Of a stretch of 64,000 nt of DNA, positions 55,978 through 64,000 are shown piece by piece. A model generated the notes under the pieces. That model saw only the letters and a list, made by a program, of their open reading frames with translations, made no database searches and was not told the origin of the DNA. The stretch spans positions 8,835 to 72,834 of the forward strand of contig QHYQ01000243.1 of assembly GCA_003224175.1 (NCBI GenBank), read 5' to 3'. Positions within the stretch are counted from its first letter, which is position 1. Every line of letters starts with the position of its first letter. The position numbers were made by a program, and so were the translations under genes. Origin of the DNA: Acidobacteriota bacterium (lineage in GTDB: Bacteria; Acidobacteriota; Terriglobia; Acidiferrales; UBA7541).

Positions 55978-57272
55978 CCGGTGTGGTGCACAACGGCACC
56001 GACGGCAAAATCGCCGCCGGCGTGGACGTCATCCTCATCCAACTGCAAGGCGGAATGCAACCGGTGGCCAACACCAAGTCCGACGCCCAGGGCGCCTACA
56101 AATTCGATTTTCCCGCCATCGGCCAGCAGCCCATGCTCATCCGCGCCGTCTATCGCGGGGTGATGTTCCATCAGCCGCTCACGCCGGGGCACGCTAGCGT
56201 GGACGTCACCGTCTTCGAGCCTTCCGCCGATTCCAAAATGGTGAACGTGGGCTCGCACGTGATCGTCCTGCAGCCCAATGGCAGTAACCTGATGGTGGGC
56301 GAGGAGTACGCGCTGCAAAACCAATCGCAGCCGCCCAAGGCCTACTTCAGCGAGAAGGGCGATTTCTCCTTTCAGCTACCGCAGGGGGCGCAGTTGGGGC
56401 AGGTGTCTTCCTGGGGACCGTCGGGCATGCCCGTGGTGCAGGGCACCCTGGACCGCGGCACAGGCAAATACGCCATCGCCTACGCCTTTCAGCCCGGCGA
56501 TAACGGCGTGCGCGTCTCCTATCAGCTTCCCTACCCCTCGAACCATGCCGACCTGCGCTTGACCTCGGACTATTCGGTGGGGCGGGTGATGCTGGTGGCG
56601 CCACCCACCGTGCAGGTGAATAGCGCCGGTTTTACGCCCGCGGGCACCGAGCAGGGCTTCAATCTCTACACGCGCGACTCGATTCCCGCGGGGCTTCCCT
56701 TCGATGTGTCGGTTTCCGGCACGGCGCCGCCGCCGCAGGCGTCGCCACAAGGACAGGGAAACGATCAGGACCCGGAAGTGAATAGTCGCATCACGGCCAC
56801 GGTGCAGGCCCTGCCGAATCGGCTGGAGAGCTTGCGTTGGATCATCATCGGCGGATTCGCCGCGCTGTTTGCGCTTGGCCTGCTCCTGCTCTGGCGCCAG
56901 CCCGCGCTGGTGGGCGCAGGCGATTTGCCGGTGCCGCCCACGCCTCCACAGGGCCCGCGCAAGCGCAAACTGCCTCCCCGCGGGGAGTACGCAACCTCAG
57001 TTGCCTCCGCGCCTGCTCCTCCACCCCAACACCCGCAACATCGGCGCGCGCTGGGGACCCCGGTTCCTCCACCCCAACGCACGCAACATCGGCGCGCGTT
57101 GGGGACCCCGGTTGCGCAGGTCACGCGCGCGGCGGGCTGGGCGTGCAGTTCATCGAATTCGCCAAGCGCTACGGCGCGCGCTTTGCCCTGCGCGGCGTCT
57201 CTCTGGCCATCGCGCCCGGCGAATGCGTGGCCCTGGTCGGTCCCAACGGTTCGGGCAAAACCACGCTGCTGA
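55974..57272 (+). CDS. Carboxypeptidase-regulatory-like domain protein with a C-terminal transmembrane helix; the 3' end is doubtful
   Basis: TTG at 55974 overlaps the upstream TGA. The sequence reads [41 protein letters not shown], with a transmembrane helix [21 protein letters not shown]. The ORF then runs through the 48-nt tandem repeat and 130 nt into ccmA before its first stop. Confidence 0.55.
   Translation: MTGVVHNGTDGKIAAGVDVILIQLQGGMQPVANTKSDAQGAYKFDFPAIGQQPMLIRAVYRGVMFHQPLTPGHASVDVTVFEPSADSKMVNVGSHVIVLQPNGSNLMVGEEYALQNQSQPPKAYFSEKGDFSFQLPQGAQLGQVSSWGPSGMPVVQGTLDRGTGKYAIAYAFQPGDNGVRVSYQLPYPSNHADLRLTSDYSVGRVMLVAPPTVQVNSAGFTPAGTEQGFNLYTRDSIPAGLPFDVSVSGTAPPPQASPQGQGNDQDPEVNSRITATVQALPNRLESLRWIIIGGFAALFALGLLLLWRQPALVGAGDLPVPPTPPQGPRKRKLPPRGEYATSVASAPAPPPQHPQHRRALGTPVPPPQRTQHRRALGTPVAQVTRAAGWACSSSNSPSATARALPCAASLWPSRPANAWPWSVPTVRAKPRC
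57017..57112. repeat. Two tandem 48-nt units, each containing a palindrome (REP-like)
   Basis: Unit 1 (57017-57064) and unit 2 (57065-57112) match at 45 of 48 positions. Unit 2 contains CCCCAACGC-N15-GCGTTGGGG. Confidence 0.8.
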
Positions 57273-57859
57273 AAGCCGCGGCTTTGCTGATTCGGCCCAG
57301 CGCGGGCCGCGTGCAGTTCTCTCCGGCCAGCGCCAATGGCTCCGGCCGCGACTCCTACGAGGATTCCGCGGCCGTCAAGCGCTACCTCGGGTTTGTCTCG
57401 CACAGCACTTTGCTCTACGACGACCTCACCGCGGAAGAGAACCTGGTTCTCTTCGCGCGGCTCTACGGCCTGGATGCGCCCGAAGAGCGCGCCCGTGCCG
57501 CGCTCGATCCGGCGGGTCTGGCCGCGCGCGGCCAGGATCTGGTGCGCAATTTTTCCCGCGGCATGCGCCAGCGCCTGGCCATCGCTCGCGCGCTGCTGGC
57601 CGGGCCGAAGCTGCTCCTGCTCGACGAGCCCTCCACCGGGCTCGACCGCGCCGGGCAGCAATGGCTGGGGGCGGCGCTCGCCCATCTCGCGGCTGCGGGC
57701 TGCACCGTGCTCATGAGCACGCACGGCGCGGGCGAAGCCGGCGCCTGCGTCACGCGCGCTATTCGCCTGCTCGGCGGATCGATCGCAGAAGATTCCGCCA
57801 TCTCCGGCGACCCGCGCGCCATGCTTGCGGCCGCGCTCGCCGCGCATCAGGAGGCTTGA
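57143..57859 (+). CDS. ccmA: Heme exporter ATP-binding protein CcmA
   Basis: GTG at 57143 gives [21 protein letters not shown]. Walker A is GPNGSGKTT, the ABC signature is FSRGMRQRL, and Walker B is LLLLDEP. Confidence 0.85.
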   Translation: MQFIEFAKRYGARFALRGVSLAIAPGECVALVGPNGSGKTTLLKAAALLIRPSAGRVQFSPASANGSGRDSYEDSAAVKRYLGFVSHSTLLYDDLTAEENLVLFARLYGLDAPEERARAALDPAGLAARGQDLVRNFSRGMRQRLAIARALLAGPKLLLLDEPSTGLDRAGQQWLGAALAHLAAAGCTVLMSTHGAGEAGACVTRAIRLLGGSIAEDSAISGDPRAMLAAALAAHQEA

Positions 57860-58534
57860 GTGGCGCTGGCGCGGCCCATCGGCATCCTGCTGGCCAAGGA
57901 ACTGCGCACCGAATTCCGCACCCGCGAGTTGCTGGTGAGCACGCTGGTTTTTGTCCTCATCGTGCTGGTGCTCTTCAGCTTCACCTTCGATCCCACCACA
58001 ACCGAAGCGCGGCGCTTCGGCCCGGGGCTGCTCTGGCTGGCGCTTTTGTTTGCCGGCTCGCTGATGCTGCATCCCTCTTTCACCCGCGAGCAATCCAACG
58101 ACACGCTGGTGGCCCTGCGCCTGGCGCCCATCGAGCCCGTCTCCATCCTGGCGGCCAAAATCCTGGCGAATTTCTGCTTCCTGCTGGTGGCCGAACTCGT
58201 GCTCCTCCCGGTTTTTGCCGCGCTCTATAACTTGCGCATCCTGCCGGTGCTGGGACGCCTGGTGGCCGTGCTGGTGCTGGGCACGCTGGCGCTGTCCATC
58301 GTCGGCACGGTCTTCGCGGCCATCTCTTCGCAGGCACGCATGCGCGAACTGCTGCTGCCGCTGCTCCTGCTGCCGCTGCTGACTCCGGCGCTGGTGGCCA
58401 GCGCCGAAGCCACCGCGGGCCTGTTCGAGGACCCGCCCGCGCTGGCCCCGGTTTGGGTGGGAGTGCTGGCCGCGTTTGATACTATCTTTTTGACCGTGAC
58501 CTGGCTTTTCGGCGAATATTTGCTGGAGGAGTGA
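57860..58534 (+). CDS. ccmB: Heme exporter membrane protein CcmB
   Basis: 224 aa, polytopic. The GTG start immediately follows the ccmA stop. The N-terminus ILLAKELRTEFRTRELL is typical of CcmB. Confidence 0.8.
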   Translation: MALARPIGILLAKELRTEFRTRELLVSTLVFVLIVLVLFSFTFDPTTTEARRFGPGLLWLALLFAGSLMLHPSFTREQSNDTLVALRLAPIEPVSILAAKILANFCFLLVAELVLLPVFAALYNLRILPVLGRLVAVLVLGTLALSIVGTVFAAISSQARMRELLLPLLLLPLLTPALVASAEATAGLFEDPPALAPVWVGVLAAFDTIFLTVTWLFGEYLLEE

Positions 58535-58576
58535 GCGCGCCCGCGCGGTTAAAAAGCCGCGCGTGTGGGATTAAAG

Positions 58577-59326
58577 ATGGCCTCGGCCGCAAACGCGATG
58601 CACACAAAAACAGCAGGCAGGCAAGGCCTCGCCACGCTGGGCGTGGCCCTGCTGCTGGCCGTGGCCGGCTACTGTGCGCTCTTCGTCGCGCCCACCGAAG
58701 CCACCATGGGCCTGATCCAGCGCATCTTTTATTTCCACGTGCCCTTCGGCTGGACTGCCTTCGTGGCCTTTTTCATCTCTTTCATCTCCAGCATCGCCTA
58801 TCTGCGCAGCCGCGCGCCGCGGTGGGATTGGCTGGCCGTGTCCTCGGCAGAGGTGGGCGTGCCGTTTGTCACCGTCCTGCTGGTCACCGGGCCCATCTGG
58901 GCGCATCCGGTGTGGGGCATCTGGTGGACCTGGGACGCGCGGCTCACCTCCACCTTCGTGCTGTGGGTGCTTTACGTCTGTTATCTGCTGCTGCGCACCC
59001 TGATCGACGAACCGGAACGCCGCGCCGTGGTTTCCGCGGTCTTCGGCATTTTCGCGGCGTTTGATGTTCCCCTGGTCTATTTTTCGATCTGGTTTTTCCG
59101 CACGCAGCATCCGCAACCGGTCCTCGGCGCGGGCGGCTCGCTCGATCCGCGCATGCTGGATGTGCTGCTGCTGTGCTGGGCGGCCACCCTGGCGCTGCTG
59201 GCGCTTTTGCTGCCGCAGCGCTATCGCCTGGAGGCGCTGCGCTGGGAAGTCGAGCGCCTGCGCTCTGGCGGCGAAAGTCACCTACAGGATGAGCTTTCGC
59301 CGCTTAACAAAGTCAGGTCCATATGA
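58577..59326 (+). CDS. ccmC: Heme exporter protein CcmC
   Basis: The WWD motif reads HPVWGIWWTWDARLTSTFVLW. The start is ATG at 58577 or GTG at 58565. Confidence 0.9.
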   Translation: MASAANAMHTKTAGRQGLATLGVALLLAVAGYCALFVAPTEATMGLIQRIFYFHVPFGWTAFVAFFISFISSIAYLRSRAPRWDWLAVSSAEVGVPFVTVLLVTGPIWAHPVWGIWWTWDARLTSTFVLWVLYVCYLLLRTLIDEPERRAVVSAVFGIFAAFDVPLVYFSIWFFRTQHPQPVLGAGGSLDPRMLDVLLLCWAATLALLALLLPQRYRLEALRWEVERLRSGGESHLQDELSPLNKVRSI

Positions 59327-59434
59327 TCTTGATGATCTTGGCAAAACCACGCGGCCCTGAGCCGCAGGGATTTGCGGCAGTAAGTAACAAGGGGCGCTGA
59401 GCAATGATGGGCTCGCGTCGCTGGTGTTGTCGAG

Positions 59435-59470
59435 CCGAAAAAAGCCGTGGACATCACGGCGTTTTTTCGG
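59435..59470. terminator. Long hairpin flanked by A and T runs between ccmC and ccmD (bidirectional terminator-like)
   Basis: CCGAAAAAAGCCGTG-GACAT-CACGGCGTTTTTTCGG. The core stem GCCGTG/CACGGC lies at 59444-59460. Confidence 0.35.
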
Positions 59471-59492
59471 CCTAGAAAAGTCAGGAGGCAAA

Positions 59493-59630
59493 ATGAAAAA
59501 TCTCGGCAGCCTGATGGCCGCTTATCTGGCCGTCTGGGCCATCTTTTTCGTCTACCACTTCACCGTGGCGCGCCGCGTGGCGCGCTTGCAGGACGAAATC
59601 GCGCGCCTCAAGCAATCCCTCAAGCAGTGA
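59493..59630 (+). CDS. ccmD: CcmD-family small membrane protein
   Basis: AGGAGG ribosome-binding site and ATG at 59493. The 45-aa product is MKNLGSLMAAYLAVWAIFFVYHFTVARRVARLQDEIARLKQSLKQ. Confidence 0.7.
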   Translation: MKNLGSLMAAYLAVWAIFFVYHFTVARRVARLQDEIARLKQSLKQ

Positions 59631-59670
59631 CGCTAACTCCCCATTTCCCGCTCGGCGACGAACGGATCGC

Positions 59671-60729
59671 GTGGGCATGACCAAACCCCGGCTGGGCGTG
59701 GTGCTCTTCCAACTCGGCGGCCCCGATTCGCCCGCCGCCGTGGAGCCTTTCCTCTACAATCTGTTCTGCGATCCCGACATCATTGATTTCCCCGGAGCCT
59801 GGCTGGCGCGCCGCCCCCTGGCCTGGTGGATCGCCCATCGCCGTGCCGCCATCGTGGGCGAACACTATGAGGCCATCGGCGGCCATTCGCCCATCCGCCG
59901 GCTCACCGAGCTTCAGGCGCGCAGGCTGGAACAGGCGCTGGCGCCCGATTTCGACGCGCGCTGCTTCCTCGCCATGCGCTATTGGCATCCGCTGACGCTC
60001 GAGGCGGTCGAGGCTGTGCGCTCGGCGCATCGAGATGCGCCCCTCGACATGCTTGTCCTTCTGCCGCTCTATCCGCAGTATTCCTTCGCCACCACGCGGA
60101 GCAGCCTGAAAGAATGGCGCCGGGTCTCTGCGCAGTCGCGGGTGCCCTCGCCCTCGCCTCGCGAGATCGTCATCGAGGAATTTCACCTGCATCCGCAATA
60201 TATCGGCGCGCTGGTGCGCAACATCGAAACGGCCTTGGCGCGTTTCGCCGATCGCAGCAAAGTGCATCTGGTCTTCAGCGCCCACGGCTTGCCGCTGAGC
60301 CTGATCGCCCGCGGCGATCCCTACCAGCGGCAGGTGCAGGAAACCGTCGCCGCCGTGATGGCTCGTGGCGGCTGGCCCCACGCGCACACGCTCTGCTTTC
60401 AAAGCCGCGTGGGCCGGCAGAAATGGCTCGAGCCTGCGCTCACCTACACGCTCGAACGCCTGCCGCGGGAAGGGAACCGGCATCTGCTGGTGATCCCCAT
60501 CTCCTTCGTCACCGAACACATCGAAACACTGCACGAAATCAATATCGAAGCGCGCGCCCAGGCGCTGGCCGCCGGCGTCCAGCAATTCGAGGTGATGCCT
60601 GCGCTCGACGATTCGCCCGAATTCATCGCCGCGCTCGCTGCGCTCGTCCGCGCCGCCGCGGCCGCCCCCGCTTCCGCTGCTTCCGCAAGCTCCAAGCCCG
60701 CCGCACCCAACCCCGCCCCCACACGCTGA
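59671..60729 (+). CDS. hemH: Ferrochelatase
   Basis: 352 aa with LGVVLFQLGGPDSPAAVEPFLYNLFCDPDIIDFP, LLPLYPQYSFATT, and SAHGLPLSLIARGDPYQRQ...FVTEHIETLHEI. Confidence 0.93.
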   Translation: MGMTKPRLGVVLFQLGGPDSPAAVEPFLYNLFCDPDIIDFPGAWLARRPLAWWIAHRRAAIVGEHYEAIGGHSPIRRLTELQARRLEQALAPDFDARCFLAMRYWHPLTLEAVEAVRSAHRDAPLDMLVLLPLYPQYSFATTRSSLKEWRRVSAQSRVPSPSPREIVIEEFHLHPQYIGALVRNIETALARFADRSKVHLVFSAHGLPLSLIARGDPYQRQVQETVAAVMARGGWPHAHTLCFQSRVGRQKWLEPALTYTLERLPREGNRHLLVIPISFVTEHIETLHEINIEARAQALAAGVQQFEVMPALDDSPEFIAALAALVRAAAAAPASAASASSKPAAPNPAPTR

Positions 60730-61063
60730 CGTGAACCCTGAGCAAAAAGCCGTTTTTCGACGATTTGTGGAGTCCGGCACCAAGTACCTCCTGGTAGATC
60801 GAGATGGCTGAGTGCGGGACGCCAAGTGACCTTTGATTACAACATTGCTGGTGAGCAAAGATTCCTGAGATAAGTAAGCGATAGTCTTGCGTTTGTCGCT
60901 GCGGAACCACGCACCACCAGAACTTGGGTCAGTTTGCCGGTGCGTGGCACATTTCAAAATCGCGCGAAGAGCACAGTTGCACGCAGATGCGAGATTGTCT
61001 TGCACAGATACACGTCTAACGCCACGCAGCGGTTGTGGGTTCAGCTCAGATGGAGCCACGGGA

Positions 61064-61387
61064 ATGAGGGAACGGCGCACCGCTAAGCGGTTTCAGCTGG
61101 ATCTTCCCATCATTGTCCGTAGAGCGCCAACACTTAGAGAAAATGATGTTGTAAGCGGCAAGACTCGCAATATCTCCACGGGCGGCATCTATTTCACAAC
61201 GGAGCGGCGCTTGACGGTCGATGAAGTGGTTGATTTCTCGTTGACCTTTGCCGGCCTGGTTGAGGGGGCGGACATTCTTGTTAGGGGACGAGCACGAGTT
61301 CTGCGCCTGGCCCCGAGGCCCGAGGCCATTTCTGAACGACTACTCGTTGCAGCGACAATCGAGATCTTCCACATCCTTCGGGCCTGA
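61064..61387 (+). CDS. PilZ domain protein
   Basis: ATG at 61064 gives MRERRTAKRFQLDLPIIV (RxxxR) and NISTGGIYF (NxSxxG). Confidence 0.8.
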   Translation: MRERRTAKRFQLDLPIIVRRAPTLRENDVVSGKTRNISTGGIYFTTERRLTVDEVVDFSLTFAGLVEGADILVRGRARVLRLAPRPEAISERLLVAATIEIFHILRA

Positions 61388-61511
61388 CTGGTTTAGGGAT
61401 GGGCGCCCGGCTCCAGGTAGCTGGATTTCCGCTTTTGACGTCCCGTGGTGGACTTTTGGCATCCAAGAACTGCTCCTGGGTTCGCCTTGACCGCTGGTCA
61501 GGTTGCTTGTC

Positions 61512-62861
61512 TCAAGAACGGGCCAGTTTAGCCTCGTTGCTCGCCTCCAGCGTCATGTCCCGACTCCCAAGCTGCACGCCGATTTTTTCGAGGAACGCGC
61601 GCGGAGGCTCGCCGCCCGCGAAAATCCAAACGTAGTCGTTGGGAATGACGCGCGTCTCGCCATTGATCTGGAGTACGGCGGCGTCGGATCGGAACTCCGT
61701 CGGCGCAGAGTTGAACAGAACGGTTAACTTTCCCGAGCGCATAGATTCTTGAATACGCTGGGCGTTTCGTTCCTTGATCCGGGCGAATGCCTCTCGCCGA
61801 TACGAGAGCGTGACTTTATTGCCTTTCTGGTTGGCCAAACCCATAGCGGCTTCGACGGCGCTGTCGCCCCCTCCCACGATGAGAATCTGTTTGTTGATAT
61901 AGTGGTCGGTCTCAATGAGCCGGTACATCACCTTAGGCAGTTCTTCGCCTTTCACTCCGAGTTTGCGCGGATTCCCGGATCGTCCGAGGCAAAGGATGAT
62001 CGCGCGTGCCCGATATTGCTCTTTGCTCGAAACCACCGTGAAAACGCCGTCCTCCCCTTTACGAATATCCTCGATCTTCTCACCGGTACGTACTTTGAAT
62101 TCAACCCGTTGGAGAATCGATTTCCAGAAAGCGATCAATTCTTCCTTAGAAAGCTCCAGCTTCTTGAACTTCCCGTGGAGCGGGAGCTCTACCGGGCTGG
62201 TCATGACCAGTTTCTGCCGTGGATACTTGGCAACCGTACCTCCAACCTCATCCTGCTCGATCGTGACGTAACTGAGCTTTCGTTCGATCGCGCGCAGTGA
62301 CGCGCTGATTCCAGCCGGTCCGGCGCCCACAATCAGCACGTCCAAAACGTCAGCACGGGAGCCGTTGCCAAGCGACTTAATCCTGCTCGCCGCAGTGTCC
62401 ACACAATCGCGGCCCTGGTTAATGGCGTTCTTTATTAGAGCCAGACCTCCTAGTTCCCCGGCGATAAATAGATTGGCGACATTGGTTTCGCACTGGGGCG
62501 AGAGCACGGGCAAATCCGCGGACATGCCCGGGCTGGCCATAACCATAGTGATGGCGCCCACGGGACAGGCCTCTGCGCAAAGACTGTGACCGATGCATTT
62601 GTAACCGTTGACGATGACCGCCTTGCCACCCAGCATCGCAAGCACATCGCCCTCCGGACAAACCGTGGTACAGGTCGCACAGCCGATGCAGGCGTTCGCA
62701 TCGATGTGGGGATGCTGCGCACGAGGCCCCTCGGAGTAGATGGTCCCCTTCTTGGCGGCCTCTTCCGCCCGCCTTTCCCGGGCCTTGAGTTTCTTCACAT
62801 AGTTCAGGAGGAAGACGAGGCAGATCGCCGCGGCGATTGCGAATGTGATTAGGCTATCCAT
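61512..62861 (-). CDS. Membrane-anchored 2x[4Fe-4S] ferredoxin domain fused to an FAD/NAD(P)-binding (thioredoxin-reductase-like) oxidoreductase
   Basis: 449 aa with an N-terminal transmembrane helix, CIGCATCTTVCP and CIGHSLCAEACP, then VLIVGAGPAGISA and ILIVGGGDSAVEAA dinucleotide folds. Confidence 0.8.
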   Translation of the reverse strand: MDSLITFAIAAAICLVFLLNYVKKLKARERRAEEAAKKGTIYSEGPRAQHPHIDANACIGCATCTTVCPEGDVLAMLGGKAVIVNGYKCIGHSLCAEACPVGAITMVMASPGMSADLPVLSPQCETNVANLFIAGELGGLALIKNAINQGRDCVDTAASRIKSLGNGSRADVLDVLIVGAGPAGISASLRAIERKLSYVTIEQDEVGGTVAKYPRQKLVMTSPVELPLHGKFKKLELSKEELIAFWKSILQRVEFKVRTGEKIEDIRKGEDGVFTVVSSKEQYRARAIILCLGRSGNPRKLGVKGEELPKVMYRLIETDHYINKQILIVGGGDSAVEAAMGLANQKGNKVTLSYRREAFARIKERNAQRIQESMRSGKLTVLFNSAPTEFRSDAAVLQINGETRVIPNDYVWIFAGGEPPRAFLEKIGVQLGSRDMTLEASNEAKLARS

Positions 62862-63120
62862 ACCAAGGGGTCATTTCAACCGCGCAGAGAGTTGCCTCGC
62901 CAATACCTGTCACCTAGAATTCACTTACCTGATTCCGGGGGGTTTTTTAGTGTAGAGCAACGGACTACTTATGTAAAGTCTGGAAACTCCGCGCTCAATT
63001 CCTTGCGGACCAAGAAAATAAATCGTGCTAGCATAATCATGTTTTCTGGCGGTATTTTTGTGGCCGGGTGAAGTTCCCAGGCTTCCGGCGATCAAGCAAA
63101 ACATGCACTGCGGACTTTCA

Positions 63121-64000
63121 ATGCGCTCGAATAGGGCGGCTCGATTCGCTTTCCTCGCGCTCACTGCTTTTCTGCTGGCGATCGGCTGGTGTACCGTTTC
63201 CGCCCTCGCGCAGGTTTCGCCCGGGCCACTGGCCAGAGCGCACGAGTCGCTCAATGGCGTTTTGAACTGCACGAAATGCCACGACCTGGGTGCGCGAGGC
63301 GGGGTGCAGTTGAAATGCCTGGACTGCCATACCGAAATTCGTGATCGTCTCGTTCAGAAACTCGGTATGCATGCGGTATGGGTCGGATCGACTGTAACAA
63401 GCAAGGATTGTGCCAAGTGCCACTCCGACCACAACGGAGTGGACTTCCCGCTCGTTCACTGGCAGCCCAGTCGAGAGGCGATGGACCATCGCCAGACGGG
63501 TTTTCCCCTCACCGGCAAACATGCGCCTTTGCGTTGCGAAGAATGCCATAATGCTCAAGAGATCTTGCCTGCGGGCAGGACCGGAATTCAGGTAAAAGAT
63601 CTCAATCACACCTATCTGGGACTCACTAGCGCTTGCGCTAGCTGCCACCAGGATGAACACCGGGGACAGCTCGGCACCGACTGCGAGCGATGCCATACCG
63701 CAGAGGGCTGGAAGCCGGCTTCCGGGTTTAATCACGCGACTACGAAATACCCGCTGACGGGAGCGCACGCCACCGTGGCCTGTGCGAAATGCCACCCTTC
63801 TGTGGCTGATGTCAAACTTTCTGTGGCTGATGCTAAACCTTACGTCAAATACACTGGGCTTTCCTTCGCCACTTGCACGGGCTGCCACGCAGATCCGCAT
63901 AAGGGCGCCTTCAAAGGCACGTGCGAGTCTTGCCACAACACATCGAACTGGAAGCAGGTGGCACAGCTTGAAGGCTTTGATCACTCCAAAACAGCGTATC
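63121..64000 (+). CDS. Multiheme c-type cytochrome, 3' end beyond the right edge
   Basis: This ORF is not in the ORF track because it runs off the edge. ATG at 63121 gives the signal peptide MRSNRAARFAFLALTAFLLAIGWCTVSALAQ. Nine CxxCH motifs were read directly: CTKCH, CLDCH, CAKCH, CEECH, CASCH, CERCH, CAKCH, CTGCH, CESCH. Confidence 0.9.
   Translation, partial: MRSNRAARFAFLALTAFLLAIGWCTVSALAQVSPGPLARAHESLNGVLNCTKCHDLGARGGVQLKCLDCHTEIRDRLVQKLGMHAVWVGSTVTSKDCAKCHSDHNGVDFPLVHWQPSREAMDHRQTGFPLTGKHAPLRCEECHNAQEILPAGRTGIQVKDLNHTYLGLTSACASCHQDEHRGQLGTDCERCHTAEGWKPASGFNHATTKYPLTGAHATVACAKCHPSVADVKLSVADAKPYVKYTGLSFATCTGCHADPHKGAFKGTCESCHNTSNWKQVAQLEGFDHSKTAY

Noticed and set aside
56765-58230. Long ORFs 56765..58093 (-) and 56869..58230 (+)
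   Set aside because: They are antisense or alternate-frame to ccmA/ccmB. The translations are Arg/Ala/Gly-rich with no motifs, whereas the ccmA frame carries Walker A, the ABC signature and Walker B.
59620-61080. 486-aa minus-strand ORF
   Set aside because: It is antisense to hemH, whose translation is an unmistakable ferrochelatase. The composition is Arg/Gly-rich.
63118-63984. 288-aa minus-strand ORF
   Set aside because: It is antisense to the multiheme cytochrome frame, which has a signal peptide and nine CxxCH motifs.
1-64000. tRNA, rRNA, CRISPR arrays, transposases, integrases, prophage or defence-system genes
   Set aside because: I scanned by eye for T-loop-like GGTTCGA motifs, regularly spaced direct repeats, and nuclease, ATPase or recombinase signatures in the ORF translations. 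I found nothing supportable.

Overview
This is a GC-rich bacterial chromosomal segment. Its gene content suggests an Acidobacteriota-like organism: S53 and S55 peptidases, many PilZ proteins, carboxypeptidase-regulatory-like domains and Tat-exported enzymes. That assignment is inference and cannot be verified here. I support about 58 protein-coding genes. I found no rRNA, tRNA, CRISPR array, transposase, integrase or phage genes, so most of the window is ordinary core genome.

Main blocks:
- 1-8.4 kb, minus strand: a tightly coupled hopanoid operon, shc-hpnH-hpnA-hpnG-adh-adh-hpnC/D.
- lpxD plus a lipid A acyltransferase, nrdR and aroA.
- An S55 peptidase paired with a beta-propeller protein, an S53 sedolisin, and several PilZ proteins.
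- NarL-type regulators, glcDEF, cysG, a K+ channel-like gene and an ECF sigma factor.
- A module of outer-membrane barrel, cupredoxin lipoprotein, OmpR regulator and histidine kinase.
- A cluster of Tat-exported enzymes.
- 52.5-60.7 kb: a System I cytochrome c maturation operon (ccmE, ccmF, ccmH-like, two extra genes, ccmABCD) followed by hemH, then the start of a multiheme cytochrome c.

Most notable observations:
- A previously unlisted 28-codon Cys-rich leader ORF with an intrinsic terminator and an alternative pairing lies directly upstream of cysG. This looks like a candidate cysteine-codon attenuator.
- Two Zn-dependent alcohol dehydrogenases are translationally coupled to hpnG inside the hopanoid operon. 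They are candidates for the still-unassigned ribosylhopane reduction step.
- The HpnC-like and HpnD-like modules form one continuous ORF.
- Three genes appear decayed: hpnH, an outer-membrane barrel remnant and a GYD-domain gene.
- CcmE carries C-x-x-x-Y where H-x-x-x-Y is expected.
- A 48-nt palindromic tandem repeat lies upstream of ccmA.

All homology statements come from reading the translations and from memory of the families. No database searches were run.
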